Shown here: positions 1 to 8,438 of the stretch, one piece after another
Layout of the letters: each line of letters opens with the position of its first letter
How positions within the stretch are numbered: position 1 is the first letter of the stretch
The notes under the pieces: model-generated
Databases searched by the model: none
The model's input: only the letters and a program-made list of their open reading frames with translations
Told to the model about the DNA's origin: nothing
Source of the DNA: Candidatus Falkowbacteria bacterium
Lineage (GTDB): Bacteria; Patescibacteriota; Patescibacteriia; Patescibacteriales; UBA12465
Length of the DNA: 64,000 nucleotides
Assembly: GCA_016432645.1 (NCBI GenBank)
Contig: CP066698.1
Coordinates: 133,062 to 197,061, forward strand
Direction of reading: 5' to 3'
Made by a program: the position numbers and the translations under genes

Positions 1-15
1 GCAGCTTGTATTTTT

Positions 16-738
16 ATGAGTAATCCAAAAAATATTTCAATAAAGGGACTAAAAAAGCAGATTTTAAAAGAACGTAAGTTTTTAGATGATCTTTTATTAA
101 ATAATAATTTAAAAGAGATAGATAGAAATTGGAAGAAATATATAGTATCAATTTTTTTTATTGATATTTTGAAAATAACGGAAGATTTGGTTGTGTTGCT
201 TGAAAGTGGTTCTGGATATGTTGATTCAGTCGCAACAAGGTTGTTAGTTGAAAGATATATTTATTTTAAATATATTCTAAAAGGCAAAAATCAGGGCAGG
301 TTTAATAATTGGATACTAAAGAATTACAGGAAAGAAAAAAGTATGATTGGTAAAATATTAGGAAATATAAACAATCATAAGATAGAAGAAGAGAAAAAAT
401 TTATAAATAAAACAGAATTATCTAAACACATTAAATTTTTAAATGAAGAAATTAGTAAAGTTAGTAAGCAAACTACCAAAAGTGAGGAATTTGATTTTTC
501 TGATATGATTACAGAACTTGATGTTAATAGAAAAGATAAGTTGAATCATTATTTGTATTATGTTGTTTATCCTTTGCTAAGCAGTGACGTTCATGGCAGT
601 GCTCGTTCTATGGAGTCGCATTTCAAGAAGGAGGAGCAAAACGTTATCTTAAATGAGAAAAAAGATAAACCGGAGTTGTTGACTACGGCTCTTTATATTA
701 ACAAAGAAATTTTTAAAGTTGTAAAGAAAACGTTTTAA
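16..738 (+). CDS. hypothetical protein (240 aa, Lys/Asn/Glu-rich, probably all-helical)
   Basis: Long ATG ORF. Visibly more AT-rich than its neighbours. No family motif recognised. Confidence 0.5.
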   Translation: MSNPKNISIKGLKKQILKERKFLDDLLLNNNLKEIDRNWKKYIVSIFFIDILKITEDLVVLLESGSGYVDSVATRLLVERYIYFKYILKGKNQGRFNNWILKNYRKEKSMIGKILGNINNHKIEEEKKFINKTELSKHIKFLNEEISKVSKQTTKSEEFDFSDMITELDVNRKDKLNHYLYYVVYPLLSSDVHGSARSMESHFKKEEQNVILNEKKDKPELLTTALYINKEIFKVVKKTF

Positions 739-958
739 TTTTTTAATAAACATAATATGCGGAGCGGCGCAGCTGGTTGATACTTCTGCCCTATTCCACT
801 CCTATAAACCAGTAATGTCCTTTGATCTAAGCAAAATTAACTAACTCGCGGATGCCTTTCCATTTTAACACTGCTTTTTCAATAGTGTTCCACCGGAGAG
901 ATGTGGCCCGTGGGTATAATTTTTTAATTATTAAAATAAAAAACATTAACCCCGATAA

Positions 959-1336
<378 letters not shown>

Positions 1337-1343
1337 TTAAGTG

Positions 1344-1410
1344 TTGACAAAAAAGCATACTTATAGTATGCTTTTTTGATTGTCAAAATCATATTTTCGA
1401 ACATTAAAAA
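1344..1410 (+). repeat. intergenic element A, copy 1 (TTGACA, AAAAAGCATAC/GTATGCTTTTT hairpin, TTGTCAA, leader motif)
   Basis: About 64/67 identical to 4917-4983, read directly. Confidence 0.85.
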
Positions 1411-1419
1411 TTAGTTAAA

Positions 1420-2013
1420 ATGAATCTCTTAAAAAAAATTCAAAAAAAGAATCCTAATTATGTCTTACAGAATAGACATTGGATTTCAGCCAAGAGGCAC
1501 GTGCCCGTAGTTCTAAAAGCGGCCATTTCTGGAGCGCTTTTTGCTTTAGCACAGTATTACGTAAACTACCGTGGTCTTTCCTTCGAGCCAGAAGCTAAGG
1601 AAGCGATTATGTTCTTAGCGATGGCCTTCTCCTTCTTTGTGTATGTCATCTTTGCCGGTTATGCAATTAACCGGGTTCTTGATGAATCCAAGGAAGTTTC
1701 CCGGGCTATAGTTCAAAAAGATCTGGATACCTTCTTATTGTACCGAGATGAGCAGTTGCCCATCTTAATTCATCTGCCCTTAGGAATTGTTTCCGGAGTT
1801 ATTATTTTTTTCTTGTTGTTTTTTCCTTTTCCCGATGAGTTTATCGGAATGACTTCCGTTTTTGCCATCGTGTTTATGATGTCGCTTTTATTCATTGTTA
1901 CCCAGGAATTGGATAATTATGAAAATAGCATCTGGTTTAAAGCTAAGACACCTGCCGATTGGTGGCAGATTGATATTGAAAAACATTTTGAGGGCAAAAG
2001 TGAGGCCCAGTAA
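1420..2013 (+). CDS. hypothetical integral membrane protein (197 aa, about 4 TM helices)
   Basis: ATG ORF directly downstream of repeat element A copy 1. Has hydrophobic segments AISGALFALAQYY, IMFLAMAFSFFVYVIFAGYAI, GIVSGVIIFFLLFF and VFAIVFMMSLLFIV. Confidence 0.6.
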   Translation: MNLLKKIQKKNPNYVLQNRHWISAKRHVPVVLKAAISGALFALAQYYVNYRGLSFEPEAKEAIMFLAMAFSFFVYVIFAGYAINRVLDESKEVSRAIVQKDLDTFLLYRDEQLPILIHLPLGIVSGVIIFFLLFFPFPDEFIGMTSVFAIVFMMSLLFIVTQELDNYENSIWFKAKTPADWWQIDIEKHFEGKSEAQ

Positions 2014-2044
2014 TTAATTGTTGAACCATAAAAAGACATAAATC

Positions 2045-2566
2045 ATGAAAGAAATTATTTTACCAAGCGGTGTTCATGTAAAAGTTTGGCAAAAAATTAA
2101 ATTGGGGACCTTCAAAAGTTTTTCCGATCTTCAAATGGAAGCCGAAAAGAGATTTATTTTTTGCTATCACTCAAAAGAATTGCTCAAAGAATCGGAATTT
2201 GCCGTTGCCGATAATGAGGAGCTGATTAGTTTAACGAAAATTACGATTGCTGATTTGCAAATTGGAGAAAATAGAAGATATCTTGATATCTGCTCGAAAG
2301 CTGAAAATCTGGGGCTAGGCATATGCTCCATTGAAGTTCCTCTTCAGCTATGTATTCAGGGACCAAATTATCCTAATCATGCATACGTTAATATCGCTAT
2401 TAATCCGATTCGGCATGGTGGCGGTTCAAATCTCCTAAACATTTTTCGTTTAGGCGGCTATCATAATCGCCCTGCTTTAGATACGAGAAATGTTATAGAG
2501 TTGCCTGATGGCAACCCTTTCCCGTTACAAGACAGCGAAGAAATCGTTTTTAGTATTATGAGTTAA
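2045..2566 (+). CDS. hypothetical protein (173 aa)
   Basis: ORF 32 nt after the previous gene and followed by the terminator at 2588-2617. No motif recognised. Confidence 0.55.
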   Translation: MKEIILPSGVHVKVWQKIKLGTFKSFSDLQMEAEKRFIFCYHSKELLKESEFAVADNEELISLTKITIADLQIGENRRYLDICSKAENLGLGICSIEVPLQLCIQGPNYPNHAYVNIAINPIRHGGGSNLLNIFRLGGYHNRPALDTRNVIELPDGNPFPLQDSEEIVFSIMS

Positions 2567-2587
2567 ATTATTGTGTCCGTTCAGAAT

Positions 2588-2617
2588 CCCCGAAGCTATC
2601 AAAGTTTCGGGGTTTTT
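2588..2617 (+). terminator. intrinsic terminator (CCCCGAAGCT/AGTTTCGGGG plus T5)
   Basis: GC-rich stem and T-run. 33/34 identical to 4360-4393. Confidence 0.75.
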
Positions 2618-2639
2618 ATTTGCCTAATTTAAGCTATTA

Positions 2640-2668
2640 TTGACACAATTCAGCTTTTATGATATTAT
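2640..2668 (+). promoter_or_regulatory. sigma70-like promoter TTGACA-17-TATTAT
   Basis: Hexamers and spacing read directly. Confidence 0.5.
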
Positions 2669-2712
2669 ATCCTGAACACCAAAGTTCTTTAAAATCATAA
2701 AAACTATCATAA

Positions 2713-3003
2713 ATGAAACAGATTCCTGTAAACAAAATGGTAATATTTTTTGCCGCCGGTTTTCAGCTCACCGAACACTTCTTTCTTCAGAAAGATGAAA
2801 TAACAGTATTTCCTGTTAATTCCTTTTGGAAAATTTTGCCCGATGTCGACAACCAAAAGATGGAGGTTATCCTTCAAAATTGCCAAGACAAAAGCAAAAA
2901 AACCGTGAGCTATGCTAAATTGGTCAGAATATTTTCCATGCAAGCAGACGAAATTGTAATTATGGAAGAAAAAGATGTTCCGATTATCATCAAAATTGAC
3001 TAA
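2713..3003 (+). CDS. hypothetical protein (96 aa)
   Basis: The plus strand is supported by the upstream TTGACA-17-TATTAT promoter (2640-2668) and the downstream hairpin terminator (3023-3050). The overlapping minus ORF 2707-3024 is rejected. Confidence 0.45.
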   Translation: MKQIPVNKMVIFFAAGFQLTEHFFLQKDEITVFPVNSFWKILPDVDNQKMEVILQNCQDKSKKTVSYAKLVRIFSMQADEIVIMEEKDVPIIIKID

Positions 3004-3022
3004 TCGGAAATTATCCGCCCAC

Positions 3023-3050
3023 AAAAAAGCATATCCCAGATATGCTTTTT
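3023..3050 (+). terminator. intrinsic terminator (AAAAAGCATATC/GATATGCTTTTT)
   Basis: Perfect hairpin and T5. The stem sequence is related to the element A hairpin. Confidence 0.65.
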
Positions 3051-3117
3051 GATGCTTAAAAATTATTGTTTAACCAGAAATTTTATTGTTTAATCTAAAA
3101 AATAGGAGAATTAAAAC

Positions 3118-3636
3118 ATGATTGATCTTAATGAAAAAAGACAGGCAATTATTGCCGTCGCCACCGAAATGTTTAACAAATTTGTTAGTATGCCTCCGGA
3201 ACTTCGCTCGGATGATAAACCGCGAACTGGTATCAAAGTTTTGGTTTGGGAACCAGGCACCAGGAACTTAATTTTATTTTCCGTTGCCGAGCCATCTGAA
3301 GCTGCTCAATTCTTCGTTGTTGAAAAAGCGGTCAGATCGCATATACTATCTGATATGTCATCGCAGAATTCTGAGCATGAGCCGAGTTTGCAGTATATGG
3401 GGAGTCTTTCTGTATTTTTGGACGAGCTTGAAGGCCGGGCTGATAAAAAAGGAATTTTGCTCGCCTCAACTTCTGGATTAAAAGGGGAAGAAGACGCTGC
3501 GATTAGTGCCTCTGTTTTAGCTGAGGCTGCTGATGCATCCTTTCAGGATATTTGTGACAATGTCGCTTCCAATTTTGGTAAATTGCCATTTTGGTATGAT
3601 AGCGAAGATAAGAGCTATTTTGATTTTTTGTTCTAA
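3118..3636 (+). CDS. hypothetical acidic protein (172 aa)
   Basis: ATG ORF preceded by AGGAGA 8 nt upstream. First gene of a two-gene unit. Confidence 0.55.
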   Translation: MIDLNEKRQAIIAVATEMFNKFVSMPPELRSDDKPRTGIKVLVWEPGTRNLILFSVAEPSEAAQFFVVEKAVRSHILSDMSSQNSEHEPSLQYMGSLSVFLDELEGRADKKGILLASTSGLKGEEDAAISASVLAEAADASFQDICDNVASNFGKLPFWYDSEDKSYFDFLF

Positions 3637-3651
3637 CAAAAAAAGGTACCA

Positions 3652-4335
3652 ATGAACGAAACTCTTAATCTTAAAATCGACGGAGTGGTAGAAGTCCCTG
3701 GCCGTCACATTTATGCTAAAACTCCGGAAGCGCTTGAAGCTTTAAAGGAGAAAATGAAAGCCCTGGGCTACAAATTGGAGGTGCGTCCTTCATCGAGTAG
3801 CGGCCAAATTTGGTTAGCAAAACTTCAGTCGTCCGACAAAAAGAAAAAAGGAAAAGTTTCTTTTTTCTCGCCTTCCTCTTCATTAGAGTCTATTTTCATT
3901 TATGAAGCTTGGCCGTGGTTTCCGCTCCGCCGCTCCAGGGAACTGGGCGAGGAAATTATCTCCGCCATTGGCATGATTACTGATTGCGGTTTCTATTATC
4001 AGGATGGGCGCCAGGAATTTTACAGTTTTCATTTGGAAAGAATGAGAATTTTTGTAGAAGGTCTTACCGATATTCCGATTGCCGAATGGGACGCCATGAT
4101 TAAAAAGGCGCCTTTATCCGGTCCTGGAATGGTTAAAGCAGTGGCCGCTTTTTGTCAAAATGTGCCAGATTATTGTGTCCAGGTTGAAGACTCGCCAAAT
4201 GTTGCTCATTTGCTTCTCGGATTTTCCAAAATCAGAAATCACCAACCGCGGACTGGATCTGAAATTGCTGCCATGAACAAGGCGGCTGCCAACAGGGAAA
4301 TTAGAAAAGATTTCCTTGACACTATTGGAGGATAA
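3652..4335 (+). CDS. hypothetical protein (227 aa)
   Basis: ORF 15 nt after the previous stop and followed by the terminator at 4360-4389. Confidence 0.55.
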   Translation: MNETLNLKIDGVVEVPGRHIYAKTPEALEALKEKMKALGYKLEVRPSSSSGQIWLAKLQSSDKKKKGKVSFFSPSSSLESIFIYEAWPWFPLRRSRELGEEIISAIGMITDCGFYYQDGRQEFYSFHLERMRIFVEGLTDIPIAEWDAMIKKAPLSGPGMVKAVAAFCQNVPDYCVQVEDSPNVAHLLLGFSKIRNHQPRTGSEIAAMNKAAANREIRKDFLDTIGG

Positions 4336-4359
4336 AGTTTTTAACATTAAAAAATCAAA

Positions 4360-4389
4360 CCCCGAAGCTATTAAAGTTTCGGGGTTTTT
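4360..4389 (+). terminator. intrinsic terminator, same family as 2588-2617
   Basis: ccccgaagctattaaagtttcggggttttt. Confidence 0.75.
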
Positions 4390-4406
4390 ATTTAGCTGAA
4401 TCTATT

Positions 4407-4435
4407 TTGACTTTACGCCCTTTTTATGGGATTAT
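4407..4435 (+). promoter_or_regulatory. sigma70-like promoter TTGACT-17-GATTAT, with the ATG 7 nt downstream (leaderless geometry)
   Basis: Read directly. No Shine-Dalgarno sequence is possible in this spacing. Confidence 0.45.
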
Positions 4436-4442
4436 AAATAAT

Positions 4443-4898
4443 ATGTCTAATCCCTCAATTACAACTGAAAAAAAATATCCTAAAGTCGGAATCGGCGTCA
4501 TGATTCAAAATGAAAAAGGCGAAGTTCTTTTAGGGTTAAGAAAAGGTTCTCATGGCTCAGGCGAATGGTCTTTTCCGGGAGGACATTTGGAGATTGGCGA
4601 AACAATTTTAGAAACAGCCAAAAGGGAAACGAAAGAAGAAACGAATTTAGACATTAATAAATTTGAACTTATCTCCGTGGCTGACGAGTTGAGTTATTTA
4701 AAAAGTGACGGCAAACATTATTTGAATATTGGAGTTAAAGGTTTGTATGAGGGCGGCGAGCCAATAGTTGCAGAAGTGGATAAATTCGAGAAATGGGAGT
4801 GGTTTAACCTTGATAATCTGCCTACTAATCTTTTTGAGGGAACAGAGCTGATGATTAATAATTTTAAAAATAAGACTATTTATAATCCTCTAATTTAA
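4443..4898 (+). CDS. Nudix (MutT-family) hydrolase
   Basis: Nudix box GGHLEIGETILETAKRETKEETNL (GX5EX7REUXEEXGU). I start at the internal ATG 4443 because the TTGACT-17-GATTAT promoter ends 7 nt upstream. Confidence 0.85.
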   Translation: MSNPSITTEKKYPKVGIGVMIQNEKGEVLLGLRKGSHGSGEWSFPGGHLEIGETILETAKRETKEETNLDINKFELISVADELSYLKSDGKHYLNIGVKGLYEGGEPIVAEVDKFEKWEWFNLDNLPTNLFEGTELMINNFKNKTIYNPLI

Positions 4899-4916
4899 GC
4901 CTAAATTTTCTTAATA

Positions 4917-4983
4917 TTGACAAAAAAGCATACTTATGATATGCTTTTTTGATTGTCAAAATCATATTTTCGAACTTTAAAAA
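4917..4983 (+). repeat. intergenic element A, copy 2
   Basis: ttgacaaaaaagcatacttatgatatgcttttttgattgtcaaaatcatattttcgaactttaaaaa. Confidence 0.85.
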
Positions 4984-4990
4984 ATATCAA

Positions 4991-5416
4991 ATGCAAACAA
5001 ATGAATTTTTAACTTCAATCATTTTTCCTAACGGCGCCCAATTTGGTCAGCCAGTCTATTATTCCGAGGCAACTAAATCTGAGTTGCCATGCAATCTCTT
5101 AGCCCATTCCTCCGGCGGCAATTTGGCGTTCTTTAAGAATTGTCATCTCACTGCTTATTTAAGCAAAAACAATGAGCTTATTTCCGCTGCGGATGTTGAA
5201 AAGGGTAAACACATTGTTACCGATGACCAGAAAAAGTACATCCTTGATGTTTATCTGGAGGTTAACGGTGATGTTATGTCTAACCATATTTCACTGGCCT
5301 CGCCACTCCCCAAAGGGACTGAGATGCAATACATGGAAGCTGTTTCCGAGGTTGATATCTTTGTTTTTTCTGGTTTCAGTGTAATCCTTTTTGACATCAA
5401 GAAAGAGTCATTTTAA
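4991..5416 (+). CDS. hypothetical protein (141 aa)
   Basis: The ORF-track start at 4949 lies inside repeat element A. The first ATG after the element is 4991. Confidence 0.5.
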   Translation: MQTNEFLTSIIFPNGAQFGQPVYYSEATKSELPCNLLAHSSGGNLAFFKNCHLTAYLSKNNELISAADVEKGKHIVTDDQKKYILDVYLEVNGDVMSNHISLASPLPKGTEMQYMEAVSEVDIFVFSGFSVILFDIKKESF

Positions 5417-5562
5417 AACATTTTAAAGCTTTGGCTTTAGTGCTTTGCCCCGGAATTGAAAAAGTTCCGGGGTTCTTATTTTGACTCTATATTTAAATTA
5501 TGAGATTATTTATATGTCCAAGTGAAAGTTAATTTATTGTCGAACCTTTAAAATTTATAACC

Positions 5563-5973
5563 ATGGAAAAGTATCGTCCCTTAACTTTACTGGCAGCCAT
5601 TTTGGTTGTCCTGTTGTTTACTGCTTTAATTATCTTTGGCGGGAAAGGTAAGAATGCTGTCGTTAAAGCCGATAAAGAACTCGGCTATACTATTGATAGT
5701 TTAAAAGCTGAAGGCGTCTTGACGCTTACTAACATTACGCATTTGTATCTGTTTGATCGCCTGCAAGATCAAACGGCTGATGGGAAAAAGGGATTTGTCA
5801 TTCTTGGTAATCGTCTCTATCAGGTTAACAACCTTGCTCAGGGATGCACACTGACGCCCGATGATGGCAATTTAGATTATCATTTAGAAGTCGTGCATAC
5901 CTCAGCCCCTGTCTATCAGCCAGGAGATTTTCTGGATACCTATGTAATCAGAAAATGCGCTGGGCGATATTAG
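5563..5973 (+). CDS. hypothetical N-terminally membrane-anchored or secreted protein (136 aa)
   Basis: N-terminal hydrophobic helix LTLLAAILVVLLFTALIIF. Has its own promoter (5481-5509) and the bidirectional terminator 5989-6028. Confidence 0.55.
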   Translation: MEKYRPLTLLAAILVVLLFTALIIFGGKGKNAVVKADKELGYTIDSLKAEGVLTLTNITHLYLFDRLQDQTADGKKGFVILGNRLYQVNNLAQGCTLTPDDGNLDYHLEVVHTSAPVYQPGDFLDTYVIRKCAGRY

Positions 5974-5988
5974 CCTTGAATTTTATTT

Positions 5989-6028
5989 AAAAAAAAGAAC
6001 CCCGAAACTTTTCAGCTTCGGGGTTTTT
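5989..6028. terminator. bidirectional intrinsic terminator between convergent genes
   Basis: A-run, CCCCGAA/TTCGGGG stem, T-run. Confidence 0.7.
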
Positions 6029-6045
6029 ACTAATTCATTTTAAAA

Positions 6046-7065
6046 TTATCTTAAGTACTTTTTAGCAACTTCCAAAGCATTGCCGCCGTAGAAGTTTTTT
6101 TCTAAGAGATTCCAAAAACCAATTACCGCTGCCCCTAAATTATTTTTTGAATTATCCAAATAAACTTGAGAAAAGCCTTTGCCTTTGAAATTATAGGCTT
6201 GGCTATGTTTGGAGATTGGTTGGTAGTAGAATTCAGCGCCGGGCATTATGAATAGGCTGAGTTGTGGGCTGGGCAAAATTTTTATATTATTTTCAAAATT
6301 TTTTGCCGCTTGTCCGGAATTAAATAATCCTTCCGAACTTTCAACTTTTTCTTGCCAATCAGCATCATTAATCCAAGAGAATACCCGTTGGCGGTATTCC
6401 GGCAGACGTCCGCTTTCAGCATGAACTTTTAATTTTCCTCCTCGAAAACCCTTTTCTTCTTTGGATAAAATATCCATCGCTTTCAGAAAGTTTTTTGCTT
6501 GCGTTTCCACTAGCGCAAAACCTTGATAGTTTTCTTCTCGGATTTTTTCCAAGGAAGTCGGCCGCTTTTTAATGCCGTTGTCATACCGGAAAAGAGATCC
6601 GGCATGATTCTCATCGGCTGATAAGTGGATGCTGATTTGCGGTTTGATAACGCCTATTTTTTTAAGATTTAAAATAGTGTTTTCCACGCCGCTAGCATTG
6701 GGATTGAGAGAGACAAAGCCTAAGCCGGCAGTTAGAATTGTTATTTTTGTCTTGCCTCCAGAAGAGTAATTGATTAAATCAATCAAATTACCCAATTCTT
6801 TATAAAGGAAAGGGTCGCCGCCGCTCAGTCTGATTTCTCTAATTTTGGAAAAATTGATTTTGCTAAAGAAATTAAGATACCAATCAAAGCCGACTGTCCG
6901 TCCAAAATATGTTTCTGAGGACCAACAGTGGGCGCAGGTTCCTTCGCAAACCGGAAAAACAAAGATGACAATTTCCCAACCATCGGGATGCAAAACAGCT
7001 TGTTCCAGCACGGGCACATAGCCTTTTACTGGTTTAAATTCTGGTATTTTTTCCATATCATCCAA
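6046..7065 (-). CDS. radical SAM enzyme (339 aa, no SPASM motif seen)
   Basis: CxxxCxxC cluster CEGTCAHC near the N-terminus and an LSGGDPF glycine-rich SAM motif. Overlaps the upstream SPASM gene by about 30-40 nt, suggesting translational coupling. Confidence 0.75.
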   Translation of the reverse strand: MDDMEKIPEFKPVKGYVPVLEQAVLHPDGWEIVIFVFPVCEGTCAHCWSSETYFGRTVGFDWYLNFFSKINFSKIREIRLSGGDPFLYKELGNLIDLINYSSGGKTKITILTAGLGFVSLNPNASGVENTILNLKKIGVIKPQISIHLSADENHAGSLFRYDNGIKKRPTSLEKIREENYQGFALVETQAKNFLKAMDILSKEEKGFRGGKLKVHAESGRLPEYRQRVFSWINDADWQEKVESSEGLFNSGQAAKNFENNIKILPSPQLSLFIMPGAEFYYQPISKHSQAYNFKGKGFSQVYLDNSKNNLGAAVIGFWNLLEKNFYGGNALEVAKKYLR

Positions 7066-8438
7066 GTTTGAGCTTTTTTAGCAAAGAAACAAAAGGCTTC
7101 GTCTTTGTTCCAGATAGAGCCGCTTAAGAAATCGGCGTTCCGAGGGCAACCGCCACCGCAAGTTGATAAAGCGATGCAGTTATAGCATTCAGGCATGTTT
7201 AAGGGCGAACGAGTACTCCATTCCTGGAATACTGGATCATTGTTAGGGTTGGCATCGGCATTGAAAACAGTATTGTTAAACGTTTTACGGCTGCCCATAT
7301 ATCCCTGACAAATGCCAATTTGGCCATCCGTACTTACGCTCATTTGTTCGCCACAACCAGTGCAATCAGAATGTAGTAATTGTCGATTGAAAAAATTATA
7401 CATTTTGTTATTCATCCGTCTTTCGTAGACATTTGGATAATATTCCTGAATAATTTCTTGACTCCTGACAATCGCCGCCGCACACTGTTCCTCGTATTCC
7501 GGATCATATTCGTTGAAATTAGGAATAATGGAAACGTGGTTGAATCCCAAGGAGTCAATTTTTAGGTCGCCGAGAATAAAATGCAGGATTTCTTCCATGT
7601 GGGGCAAACTATTTTTGCTTAAGACACAGGCGACAGAAGGTTTTATACCGTGGCGCTGTAAGCAATTAATGCCATTCATAGTTTTTGCAAAACTACCCTT
7701 ACCGGAGTGAAATACTCGATTGTAATCATGGATTTCTTCTGGGCCGTCCAGCGATACCGCCACTAACACCTTGTACTTTTTAAGGACCAAGGCAATTTCG
7801 TCGGTAATTAAGGTCCCGTTAGTAATTATGACATTGTCCACTTTTTGGATAGTTCCGGATTTTGTTTTTTTTGCCAAATATTCCAAACTGAATTTGATTG
7901 TGGAAAAATTTTCTAACGGCTCACCTCCGTAAAAAACGATTGACGGTTTCTTAGGAAATTTTTTGTTTCCGATTATCTCCGCAAATTTATCAATAGTTGC
8001 CTGTGCTGTTTCCGTGTTCATAATGCGGCGCTGATAATCAGGTTTAATTGCGCCCTCAATGAAGCAGTAGCGACAATTTAAATTGCAATAATCGGTCATA
8101 TGCATGACCATGACGCGCACGTTCGGTTTGTTAGGGAAGCATTGTTGAACACTTTTTAGGTATTCAGTTTCGTTATAATTATTCGGAACTAAAATAGCCG
8201 AATTCATTAAACGAGAGAGTGTCGTGATGAATTGTTTCTTGTCCTTTTCGGGGACAGAAGTCAAGACATCATTAATTGATCGTTCGGTACTAGCCATCAG
8301 GTGTGGCAATAATTCTTTGGCGAAGTAAACAGTTTCAATCTTTAAAGCGTTGTAACCGCAAATAACTTCGTCCTTTTCCAGAAAATGTCCAAATAATGAC
8401 AATTTGAGAATCAAATTTCCATGTTTCTTTAAGTTCAT
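7026..8438 (-). CDS. radical SAM/SPASM-domain peptide-modifying maturase-like enzyme (470 aa)
   Basis: CNLNCRYC (C118/C122/C125). C-terminal canonical SPASM pattern C-x9-G-x4-C (CGEQMSVSTDGQIGIC) plus CX2CX5CX3C (CYNCIALSTCGGGC). About 105 aa of N-terminal extension precede the radical-SAM core. Confidence 0.85.
   Translation of the reverse strand: MNLKKHGNLILKLSLFGHFLEKDEVICGYNALKIETVYFAKELLPHLMASTERSINDVLTSVPEKDKKQFITTLSRLMNSAILVPNNYNETEYLKSVQQCFPNKPNVRVMVMHMTDYCNLNCRYCFIEGAIKPDYQRRIMNTETAQATIDKFAEIIGNKKFPKKPSIVFYGGEPLENFSTIKFSLEYLAKKTKSGTIQKVDNVIITNGTLITDEIALVLKKYKVLVAVSLDGPEEIHDYNRVFHSGKGSFAKTMNGINCLQRHGIKPSVACVLSKNSLPHMEEILHFILGDLKIDSLGFNHVSIIPNFNEYDPEYEEQCAAAIVRSQEIIQEYYPNVYERRMNNKMYNFFNRQLLHSDCTGCGEQMSVSTDGQIGICQGYMGSRKTFNNTVFNADANPNNDPVFQEWSTRSPLNMPECYNCIALSTCGGGCPRNADFLSGSIWNKDEAFCFFAKKAQTWMIWKKYQNLNQ

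Noticed and set aside
761-805. tRNA-like D-arm resemblance (gcgcagctggttga).
   Set aside because: There is no matching acceptor stem, anticodon arm or GTTCGAATC-type T-loop. I found no tRNA anywhere in the window.
2707-3024. 105-aa minus-strand ORF overlapping the 96-aa plus-strand ORF.
   Set aside because: The promoter (2640-2668) and terminator (3023-3050) are both oriented for the plus strand. The minus ORF would start inside that terminator.
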